A DNA stretch of 64,000 bases from Gemmatimonadales bacterium (GTDB lineage: Bacteria > Gemmatimonadota > Gemmatimonadetes > Gemmatimonadales > GWC2-71-9), in NCBI GenBank assembly GCA_037189525.1, contig JBBCJC010000003.1, positions 535,609 through 599,608 on the forward strand, in the 5' to 3' direction. Shown one piece after another: positions 40,568-48,342 of this stretch. The position numbers were made by a program, and so were the translations under genes. The notes under the pieces are model-generated. The model was not told where the DNA came from. It made no database searches and saw only the letters and a program-made list of their open reading frames with translations. The first letter of the stretch is position 1, and each line of letters begins with the position of its first letter.

Positions 40568-41410
40568 ATGACCGCGTTTTCTGCCCAGCTGCCTGCGACC
40601 GTTCCCGTCACCGTCGGGGATCGGTGCTGTTTTGGTGGCACCGATCTCGTCGTGATCGGCGGGCCCTGCTCGGTCGAGAGCGCGGCCATGGTACTCGACA
40701 CCGCGTTGTCCGTGGCGGCGTCCGGAGCGCGGATGCTCCGGGGTGGGGCCTTCAAACCGCGCACCTCGCCCCACACCTTCCAGGGAATGGGCGACCCGGC
40801 GCTCGACCTGCTGGCCCAGGCCGGCGAACGGGCCGGTCTCCCGGTCGTGACCGAAGTGACCGATCCTCGGCACGTGGATCGAGTGGCCGGGGTGGCCGAC
40901 ATGCTCCAGGTCGGCGCCCGCAACATGCAGAACTACGCCTTGCTCGCCGAGGTCGGCCGGAGTGGAAAGCCGGTCCTGCTCAAGCGCGGCCTGGCCGCGA
41001 CGCTCAAGGAATTCCTGCTTGCTGCGGAGCATATCCGGGTCGCGGGGAACGATGCGGTGGTGCTCTGTGAACGCGGGATCCGCACCTTCGAAACCGCCTC
41101 CCGTTTCACGCTCGATGTCACCGCCGTTCCCGTCCTCAAAGCCGAGAGCCACCTGCCGGTCATCGTGGACCCGAGCCATGCGGGCGGGCGCGCCCCGCTG
41201 GTGGCCCCGCTGGCCCGGGCGGCCATCGCGGCAGGTGCGGACGGGTTGATCGTCGAGGTACACCCCGAGCCGGCGACGGCCCAGTCCGATGCGGAGCAAT
41301 CGCTGACGTTCGCCGCGTTTGCGGAGCTGATGGTGCAGGTGGAGCGGGTGGCGCTCGCCGTGGGGCGGACCATCGGTGCCGCGCCGCTGGCCGTCGGGGC
41401 CTCGGTATGA
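40568..41410 (+). CDS. aroF: DAHP synthase, type I-beta, catalytic domain only
   Basis: [52 protein letters not shown]; no N-terminal ACT or CM domain. Confidence 0.93.
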   Translation: MTAFSAQLPATVPVTVGDRCCFGGTDLVVIGGPCSVESAAMVLDTALSVAASGARMLRGGAFKPRTSPHTFQGMGDPALDLLAQAGERAGLPVVTEVTDPRHVDRVAGVADMLQVGARNMQNYALLAEVGRSGKPVLLKRGLAATLKEFLLAAEHIRVAGNDAVVLCERGIRTFETASRFTLDVTAVPVLKAESHLPVIVDPSHAGGRAPLVAPLARAAIAAGADGLIVEVHPEPATAQSDAEQSLTFAAFAELMVQVERVALAVGRTIGAAPLAVGASV

Positions 41411-41958
41411 TGCGGATTGCCATTCAGGGCGAACTGGGCGCCTTCTCCGAGATCGCGGCCGACTATATGAGCCGGGGCGAGCACGAGGTGGTTCCCACCC
41501 GCTCGTTCCGGGACGTGGTCGAGGCGGTGGAGAGTGGCCGGGCGGATGCCGGTGTTCTCCCGATCGCCAACAGTATCGTGGGGCCGGTGGTGGACAGCGT
41601 CGATGCCCTGGCAAGCGGGACGGCGGTCCTGGTCGATGGCGAATGCGACGTTCCGGTGCGCCTCCACCTGATGGGCCTGGGCGCGGCCACCCTCGACCGC
41701 GTGGCGCACGTCGCATCCCATCCCGTAGCATTGGCGCAGTGTACTCGTTTCCTTGGCGGCCATCCCGATTGGTACGTCGAGACCTATTACGACAGCGCGG
41801 GCGCGGCGCGTGACGTGGCCGCGCGCGGGGATTCTTCGTTCGTCGCCATCGCGGGCGACGCTGCCGCCACGCGGTATCGGCTTGCCATTCTGGCCCGCGA
41901 CGTCCACGATCTGCCGGACAACTCGACCCGCTTCGTGCTGATTCGGAGGCGCCCATGA
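41407..41958 (+). CDS. pheA: Prephenate dehydratase, catalytic domain only (no ACT domain)
   Basis: [29 protein letters not shown]; the protein ends 7 residues after TRF. Confidence 0.88.
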   Translation: MMRIAIQGELGAFSEIAADYMSRGEHEVVPTRSFRDVVEAVESGRADAGVLPIANSIVGPVVDSVDALASGTAVLVDGECDVPVRLHLMGLGAATLDRVAHVASHPVALAQCTRFLGGHPDWYVETYYDSAGAARDVAARGDSSFVAIAGDAAATRYRLAILARDVHDLPDNSTRFVLIRRRP

Positions 41959-42332
41959 CCCGCCGGATGTGGGGCCTTCGCGGCGCCATCACCGTCGACG
42001 CCGACCGTCCGGAGCTGATCCGGGCCGCGACGCGCGAACTGCTCGAGACGCTCGTCACCAGGAACGACCTGGATCAGGACGAGATCGTGAGCGCCATCTT
42101 CAGCGTCACCACCGACCTCGTGAGCGAATATCCGGCTACGGGTGCTCGCGAGCTGGGTTGGGTGGAGGTGCCGCTGCTCTGCACGACCGAGATTCCGGTG
42201 CCCGGCGGCCTTCCGCGGGTCATTCGGGTCCTGCTGCATGTCGAGCCTGCCGTGCCGCGAGCCCGATGGCAGCCGGTCTACCTCCGGGGGGCCACGGTGC
42301 TGCGTCCCGATCTGGTGCCGGTCCCCTCCTGA
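41955..42332 (+). CDS. aroH: Chorismate mutase, AroH class
   Basis: GLRGAITV, FSVTTDL..YPA..AR, VPLLCTTEIPVPG, YLRGATVLRPDL. Confidence 0.94.
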   Translation: MTRRMWGLRGAITVDADRPELIRAATRELLETLVTRNDLDQDEIVSAIFSVTTDLVSEYPATGARELGWVEVPLLCTTEIPVPGGLPRVIRVLLHVEPAVPRARWQPVYLRGATVLRPDLVPVPS

Positions 42333-42509
42333 GGCCGGCTCGATGCCGAGCCGCCGGCTATTTCGGAATGGCTGGCGGTCGGGTTACCCTTCCTGCCGCA
42401 ATTTGTTCCTCGGCGGAACAATCCGCCCCGGCGCTCGGCCGGGGCGGTCGGATCTCCGGCGTCCGGCGGAATATCCGCCCGGATTTGCCCGGCTGAACCT
42501 GGGGTTGGT

Positions 42510-43847
42510 GTGGGCTTAACGATCATCTCGACACTCGTCGTCATCGGTGTGCTCGTGTTCATCCACGAGCTGGGGCATTTCCTGGCCGCGAAGTGGGCCG
42601 GGATCCATGTCCACCGGTTCTCGCTGGGCCTGGGCGCGCCGATTCGCTGGCTCTCGTTCAAGCGCAACGAGACGGAATATTCCGTGTCCTGGCTGCCGCT
42701 TGGTGGGTACGTCAAGATGGCCAGCGACATGGAAGAAACCGATGCGATGCTCGAAGGCGGGGCGGAGCAGGTCGAAGTGCCCCGCGAGCGCCGCTTCGAA
42801 GCCAAGCCGATCTGGGTTCGGATGGTCGTGATCCTTGCCGGCGTAGTCATGAATGCGCTGTTTGCCTGGCTGGTGCTGTCCGGACTGATCTACGTCCGGG
42901 GCCGGCCGACGCTCCCGGTCACCACGATTGCCGGCGTCGACTCGACCCGGCTGCCGGCCGGCGCGCGCGGGTTGGAACTGGTGGCGCGGGGCGATCGCGT
43001 CGTGGCGGTCAACGGCGTTGCCGTGACGACCTGGGAAGAGATGCAGCGGGAGTGGTTGGGAATCCGCGATACCGTCACGATTGACGTGGCGGGCAAGAGT
43101 CCGGTGGTCATTGCCGGCTCGCTCGAAGACCGGAGGACGGCGCTCACCACGATGCGTCCCTTGCTTCCTCCGGTCGTGTCGGATGTGGTGCCGCAGCGAC
43201 CCGGAGCGCAGGCCGGCCTGGCCCGGGGCGATACGATCGTCACCTTCGATGGCGCGGCCGTCGGCGAGTGGCGCGAGATGGTGAGCCGGATCGAAAGCAA
43301 GGCCGATCAGCCAGTGGAACTGCTCGTCGGCCGTCCGACCGGGCGTACCGTCATCCAGGTCACTCCAGCCGCTGAGGACGTGGAGGGCCGGACCGTCGGA
43401 CGCATCGGGATTTACGGACCGCTCCAGCCGGAACTCCGCGAGCGGGTCGGGCTTGGGACCGCGGTGGTCGAGGGCGGTGAATGGACCTGGTTCATTGCGA
43501 CCCAGATTGCCAACACGGTGCGCGGGATGTTTTCGGGGCGCGTCTCCACCCGCGAGGTGGGCGGCCCGATTGCCATCGGCATGGCCGCCGGGGAGAGCGT
43601 TCGGCGGGGAGCCGAGGACTTCCTGGTGTTCATGGCGGCCATTTCCGTCAACCTGGCCGTGCTCAATCTGCTGCCGATTCCGTTGCTCGACGGCGGGCAG
43701 TTCCTCTTCCTGCTGGCGGAAGCGGTCACCCGGCGCCCGATAACGGGACGGGTGCGGGAATGGCTTACCATGGCCGGCTTCGTGGCGCTGGTGATGCTGA
43801 TGGTATTGGCCTTCTCCAACGACATCCGGCGGTTGCTCGGCATTTGA
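42510..43847 (+). CDS. rseP: RIP metalloprotease RseP
   Basis: HELGH, PLGGYVKM, two PDZ-like regions, NLLPIPLLDGG. Confidence 0.96.
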   Translation: MGLTIISTLVVIGVLVFIHELGHFLAAKWAGIHVHRFSLGLGAPIRWLSFKRNETEYSVSWLPLGGYVKMASDMEETDAMLEGGAEQVEVPRERRFEAKPIWVRMVVILAGVVMNALFAWLVLSGLIYVRGRPTLPVTTIAGVDSTRLPAGARGLELVARGDRVVAVNGVAVTTWEEMQREWLGIRDTVTIDVAGKSPVVIAGSLEDRRTALTTMRPLLPPVVSDVVPQRPGAQAGLARGDTIVTFDGAAVGEWREMVSRIESKADQPVELLVGRPTGRTVIQVTPAAEDVEGRTVGRIGIYGPLQPELRERVGLGTAVVEGGEWTWFIATQIANTVRGMFSGRVSTREVGGPIAIGMAAGESVRRGAEDFLVFMAAISVNLAVLNLLPIPLLDGGQFLFLLAEAVTRRPITGRVREWLTMAGFVALVMLMVLAFSNDIRRLLGI

Positions 43848-43965
43848 GGATTCAGGCTCCGTAGTACTACGGTTTCGCATCCCTCCGATCCCGGTGATCT
43901 TGGTCGCGCTGCGCGATCGGTCCGGGTCGAACTCGGGGGATGCGCGCCGAGTGGGGGGGGGAGCC

Positions 43966-45030
43966 GTGAGCGTAGTCCGGGAGCCGCGCGTCGGTGTCCT
44001 GCTCGTCAATCTGGGAACACCGGATACGCCGAGTGTGAAGGACGTCCGGCGCTACCTGCGTGAGTTTCTCGGCGACCCCCGGGTCCTCGATGTCCATCCG
44101 GTCCTGCGCTGGTACCTCCTCAACCTGGTTTTCCTTCCGTTTCGTCCTCGGCGTTCCGCTGCGCAGTATGCGTCCATCTGGACCGCGGCCGGCTCGCCGC
44201 TCCTGCTGCACAGCCGCGCCCTGACCACCGCATTGCAGCAACGACTCGGCTCGAGTGTGACGGTCGACCTGGCCATGCGCTACGGCCAACCCACGGTCGA
44301 TAACGCGCTCGACCGTCTGATGGCGGCGGCGGTCGACCGGATCATCGTGGTGCCGCTCTATCCGCAGTACGCCAGCTCCGCAGGCGGCACCGCCATCGCG
44401 CACGTGATGCGGCGAGCGGCCGAGCGATGGAATGTGCCGCCGATCGAAATCGTCGCCGACTACTTCGACGACCCCCGCTTCATCGAGGCGCTCTGCCGTT
44501 CGGTTCGTCCGGTGCTCGACGGGTTCGATCCGGACTTCGTACTGATGAGCTATCACGGTGTGCCCGAACGCCAGGTGCGCAAATCCGATCCCTCGGGCGA
44601 CTGGTGCCTGCAGTCCGATCGCTGTTGTGAGGGGATCGATCAGGCCAATCGCTGGTGCTACCGGGCGCAGTGTTTTGCGACCAGTCGTCATCTGGCCGCG
44701 GGGCTCGGCCTGGCGTCCCACCAGACCGGGACCGCCTTTCAGTCCCGGCTCGGTTCTGACCCCTGGATCCGTCCGCATACCGATCGGATGTTCGGTCAGC
44801 TGGCCGCGGCCGGGGTGCGCCGCCTGGCGGTCGTCTGTCCCGGTTTTGCGGCGGATTGCCTGGAGACCATCGAGGAAATCGGCGATCGCGGGGCCCACGC
44901 CTGGTCCGCGCTGGGCGGCGAGGCGTTTCAGCTGGTTCCCTGTCTCAATGCCGAGCCGGGTTGGGTCGATGCGCTGGCGGGGATGATCGAGGCCCGGATC
45001 GGAATCGAGGCGTCCGTCGGTAGCATCTGA
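43966..45030 (+). CDS. hemH: Ferrochelatase
   Basis: GVLLVNLGTP, AMRYGQP, PLYPQY, SYHGVP, FQSRLG, DCLETIEEI, VPCLN. Confidence 0.95.
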   Translation: MSVVREPRVGVLLVNLGTPDTPSVKDVRRYLREFLGDPRVLDVHPVLRWYLLNLVFLPFRPRRSAAQYASIWTAAGSPLLLHSRALTTALQQRLGSSVTVDLAMRYGQPTVDNALDRLMAAAVDRIIVVPLYPQYASSAGGTAIAHVMRRAAERWNVPPIEIVADYFDDPRFIEALCRSVRPVLDGFDPDFVLMSYHGVPERQVRKSDPSGDWCLQSDRCCEGIDQANRWCYRAQCFATSRHLAAGLGLASHQTGTAFQSRLGSDPWIRPHTDRMFGQLAAAGVRRLAVVCPGFAADCLETIEEIGDRGAHAWSALGGEAFQLVPCLNAEPGWVDALAGMIEARIGIEASVGSI

Positions 45031-45132
45031 CCTGCCAGTGGCCGGGCTTCACTCCATTCAGGTACTATTCGGATACGGGTGCGGGCCCGATCCGGCGCAA
45101 CGCCCCGAGACGCTTCACCAGGAGGGGTTTGG

Positions 45133-45261
45133 ATGAGCAAGCTGCTTCGCGGATTGGCGGCAGGGTGGGGTGCCAAGAAGTTGGGCGGGGGATGTCTGAG
45201 CACCGTGCTGATTTTTCTGCTTCTCTGGTGGTTACTCGGTAATTTCGAGATCTTCAAGTGA
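45133..45261 (+). CDS. Small membrane protein (42 aa)
   Basis: Strong SD AGGAGG at 45120-45125; MSKLLRGLAAGWGAKKLGGGCLSTVLIFLLLWWLLGNFEIFK; GTGA overlap with the MFS gene. Confidence 0.7.
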   Translation: MSKLLRGLAAGWGAKKLGGGCLSTVLIFLLLWWLLGNFEIFK

Positions 45262-46511
45262 GCGTTCCGGTCTCCGTCGAGCCGGTGTCGGGCGAGTCCC
45301 CGGCACCGGCTGCCGACGGTGTCAGCGGGTATGATCGACGCGCCATTGCGTACCTGGCGGTAGCGCATGGCGTCGATGATTTCTACCAGGCCGCGGTGCC
45401 TGCGCTGGTGCCGTTCTTCGTCGTCGCGCACAATCTGAGCTATCAGGCGGCCGCCGGGGCCGTCCTGGTCTCCAATCTGCTGTCGTCGCTGCTCCAACCG
45501 TTCTTCGGATACTGGGCCGATCGCCATCGGGCGCCGTGGCTCGTTTGGGGCGGGATGGGACTGGCCGGCATCGGCGTGTCGCTGGCGGTGCTGACGCAGT
45601 CGTTTCCGCTCGCGCTGGTCCTCTGCGGTATCACCGGAGTGGGGATTGCCGCGTTTCATCCGGAGGCCTCGCGGGCCACGGCCCAGGCGTCGGGTCGCCG
45701 GCGTGGCACCGGGATGAGCGTCTTCGCGTTGGGCGGAAACGGTGGTTTTGCCCTGGCGCCCCTTGCGGTCGTGCCGCTGGCCTCGAGTTATGGAATTCGT
45801 GCCGTGGCGGTATTGATCGTGCCGGCGCTGGCCATGATGGCGTTCCTGGTTCGTAACGCGACGCAGTGGCAGTCGATTCGGGTTGCCCGTCCGGCTGCCG
45901 GCGCCGGCGAGCATGCCGCGGAGCCGGAGGCGTGGGGGGCGTTTGCGCGGCTGACCGGCGCGGTCGGGATGCGCTCGATCGTCTTTTTCGGTCTCAACAC
46001 CTTTCTGCCCATCTACTGGGCGACCCGTTTCAATCTCGATCTCGCGGCCGGAGGCCTGGCGCTCACCGTCCTCCTGATCGTCGGCGTGGTGGGCACCCTA
46101 CTGGGCGGCCGAGCGGCCGACCGGTTCGGGGCGCGCGCGGTGGTGGTGGTGTGTTCCTGCGCGCTGGGTCCGTTGCTCTGGCTCTTTCTCCAGGCCGATG
46201 ACCGGCTGGTCGCGCTTGGTCTGCTGATTCCGCTTGGTATTGCACTCTCGGCGCCGTTCAGTGTGATGGTCGTGCTGGGTCAGCAGTATCTGCCGCGCCA
46301 CGTCGGCACGGCGTCCGGCGTGACGCTGGGCCTGGCGGTCACCGTCGGCGGACTGGCCGCGCCGGTGCTCGGCCGCATGGCTGACGAGCAGGGCGTGGCC
46401 GCTGCACTCGGCGTACTGGTCTGGACGGCGTTGCTCACGGCGGTACTCTCGCTTACCCTGTCGCCTGTTCCCAGTGCCCGTGCCGGCGGCCCGTCGCGCA
46501 CCGTGACCTGA
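45258..46511 (+). CDS. MFS transporter, Fsr (fosmidomycin resistance)-like
   Basis: About 12 TM segments; AHGVDDFY, QPFFGYWADR, AFHPEA, GGNGGFALAP, GGRAADRFG. Confidence 0.88.
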   Translation: MSVPVSVEPVSGESPAPAADGVSGYDRRAIAYLAVAHGVDDFYQAAVPALVPFFVVAHNLSYQAAAGAVLVSNLLSSLLQPFFGYWADRHRAPWLVWGGMGLAGIGVSLAVLTQSFPLALVLCGITGVGIAAFHPEASRATAQASGRRRGTGMSVFALGGNGGFALAPLAVVPLASSYGIRAVAVLIVPALAMMAFLVRNATQWQSIRVARPAAGAGEHAAEPEAWGAFARLTGAVGMRSIVFFGLNTFLPIYWATRFNLDLAAGGLALTVLLIVGVVGTLLGGRAADRFGARAVVVVCSCALGPLLWLFLQADDRLVALGLLIPLGIALSAPFSVMVVLGQQYLPRHVGTASGVTLGLAVTVGGLAAPVLGRMADEQGVAAALGVLVWTALLTAVLSLTLSPVPSARAGGPSRTVT

Positions 46512-46647
46512 TCCGATCGGCGTCCGGTCCGGGGTCGGACCGGTCTGTCGTTTTCGGTTCTTCGAGCGCGCGGCGATCGGGTCAGGACCGCTGGTAACCT
46601 CGGCCAGCACGGTTCTCGTCGTTCCGGAGTTTGCCGGCCGGGTATCG

Positions 46648-46676
46648 TTGACGATTCCTCGAGCCGGGAGCAACTT
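46648..46676 (+). promoter_or_regulatory. Putative promoter
   Basis: TTGACG, 17-bp spacer, CAACTT, upstream of 46704. Confidence 0.45.
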
Positions 46677-46703
46677 TCCATTCTGCCTTCACTCGGAAAT
46701 CCC

Positions 46704-47813
46704 ATGGCTTCCACTCGCCGTCAGTTCGTTCGGCAGGCATCCTCCGTTGCCGGTGCCGCCGCGCTCGCGCCATTCCACATCTGGGTGCCGCGTTTTCGCA
46801 CCCAGAAGAAACTCAACATCCTGATCCTGGGCGGGACCAACTTCATCGGTCCATACCAGGTTCAGTATGCGCTCGACCGCGGGCACACCATCACCCTCTT
46901 CAACCGGGGCAAGACGAACCCCGCGCTCTTTCCCAACGTCGAGAAGCTCACGGGCGACCGCAACAACGACCTCAAGTCGCTGGAAGGGCGCAAATGGGAT
47001 GTCGTGATCGACATCTCCGCCACCAATCCGGAGTGGGTCGCGCTGTCGGGACGGGTGCTGGAGCATTCGGTCAAGCAATATGTCTTCATTTCGACCCGGT
47101 CGGTCTATTACGACACGAGCCGGGTGCCGATGACCGTCGATGCGCCGCTGTTCTCCCCGGAGAACACTCCGGTACCCGCCGGGCGGCCGCTCCCGTACGG
47201 GCTTGCCAAGGCCATCTCCGAAAAGACGCTGCGTGACCGGTTCGGCAACCGGCTGCTGGTGGTGCGTCCGTCGCTGGTGGTCGGCCCCGGGGATACCACC
47301 GACCGGTTTACCTACTGGCCGTTGCGGATCGAGCGGGGTGGGGAGGTGCTCGCGCCGGGCGATGGGACCGACCCGGTCCAGTTCATCGACGCCCGGGATC
47401 TGGGCGAGTGGGTCATCCGCCTGGTCGAGATGGGCACCACGGGGTACTACAACGCCCTGGGGCCGCAGACGCCCCGGTCCTTTGCGGAATTGCTCCACGG
47501 GATCAAGGCCGTCACCACCTCGAACGCCACGTTCACCTGGGTCGACACCGACTTCCTGCTGGCCAATCAGGTCCGGCCCTACCAGGAAATGCCGGTCTGG
47601 CAGCCGGCCCGGGACGGGAAAGAGGGCTTTGCCCGGTTCGACATCTCGCGCGAGGTGGCGCTGGGGCTCACGTTCCGGTCTCTGGCGGTGACCACCAAGG
47701 ACACGCTCGACTACTACCACGCCCAGACGCCCGAGCGCCAGGCGCAGCTCCGGGCCGGCATCACGCCCGAGCGGGAGCAGGAAGTCCTGGCCGCCTGGCG
47801 GGCGCGCCGGTAG
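46704..47813 (+). CDS. NAD-dependent epimerase/dehydratase (extended SDR) with a twin-arginine-like N-terminus
   Basis: STRRQFV Tat-like motif, LGGTNFIG, YGLAK, RFTYWP, QFIDARDL. Confidence 0.87.
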   Translation: MASTRRQFVRQASSVAGAAALAPFHIWVPRFRTQKKLNILILGGTNFIGPYQVQYALDRGHTITLFNRGKTNPALFPNVEKLTGDRNNDLKSLEGRKWDVVIDISATNPEWVALSGRVLEHSVKQYVFISTRSVYYDTSRVPMTVDAPLFSPENTPVPAGRPLPYGLAKAISEKTLRDRFGNRLLVVRPSLVVGPGDTTDRFTYWPLRIERGGEVLAPGDGTDPVQFIDARDLGEWVIRLVEMGTTGYYNALGPQTPRSFAELLHGIKAVTTSNATFTWVDTDFLLANQVRPYQEMPVWQPARDGKEGFARFDISREVALGLTFRSLAVTTKDTLDYYHAQTPERQAQLRAGITPEREQEVLAAWRARR

Positions 47814-47885
47814 TAGTCCAGGGGGCCGGAATGGCCCTGGCGGACGCCCCTGCTCCCAGCCGCCCGGCCGGGGAGCGGGGGCGTC

Positions 47886-47914
47886 TTGCCTCCCGGATTC
47901 TGGCTATCTATATT
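47886..47914 (+). promoter_or_regulatory. rpsO-pnp promoter
   Basis: TTGCCT, 17-bp spacer, TATATT; preceded by a GC hairpin (about 47843-47885). Confidence 0.6.
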
Positions 47915-47973
47915 GAAAGGCTACAACCACTTACGAACTTTTTAAGCGCGTCGAAGCAACGAGGACACAGCAA

Positions 47974-48234
47974 ATGGGGTACGACAAAGCGGGCGTCATG
48001 GCGAAGTATCGCCAGCACGGCGAAGACACGGGATCGGCCCGGGTTCAGGTCGCCATGCTCACCGAGCGTATCAACTCCCTCACGGATCACTTCCGCACCC
48101 ATCCGAAAGACCATCATGGTCGGCGCGGGTTGCTGAAGATGGTCGGTCAGCGGCGGCGGCTCCTTTCTTATCTCCGCAGCACCGATCTTCAGACGTACCG
48201 AGCGCTGATTCAGGACCTCGGTCTCCGTCACTAA
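47974..48234 (+). CDS. rpsO: 30S ribosomal protein S15
   Basis: [39 protein letters not shown]. Confidence 0.98.
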   Translation: MGYDKAGVMAKYRQHGEDTGSARVQVAMLTERINSLTDHFRTHPKDHHGRRGLLKMVGQRRRLLSYLRSTDLQTYRALIQDLGLRH

Positions 48235-48252
48235 ATCATCGGCTCCAGACGC

Positions 48253-48280
48253 GGGCGCCCCAGGATATGACGGGGCGCCC
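48253..48280 (+). terminator. Hairpin between rpsO and pnp
   Basis: GGGCGCCCC...GGGGCGCCC inverted repeat. Confidence 0.45.
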
Positions 48281-48342
48281 TCGGTGCTTTGGGGCTGCCT
48301 GGTGTGTCGATGACTACCAGTTCACCGATGAGGGATAATCCT

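Noticed and set aside
39188-46511. Fsr-like transporter near dxr, the fosmidomycin target, as a self-resistance cluster
   Set aside because: No phosphonate biosynthesis genes, separate transcription units, and Fsr-like MFS proteins are widespread.
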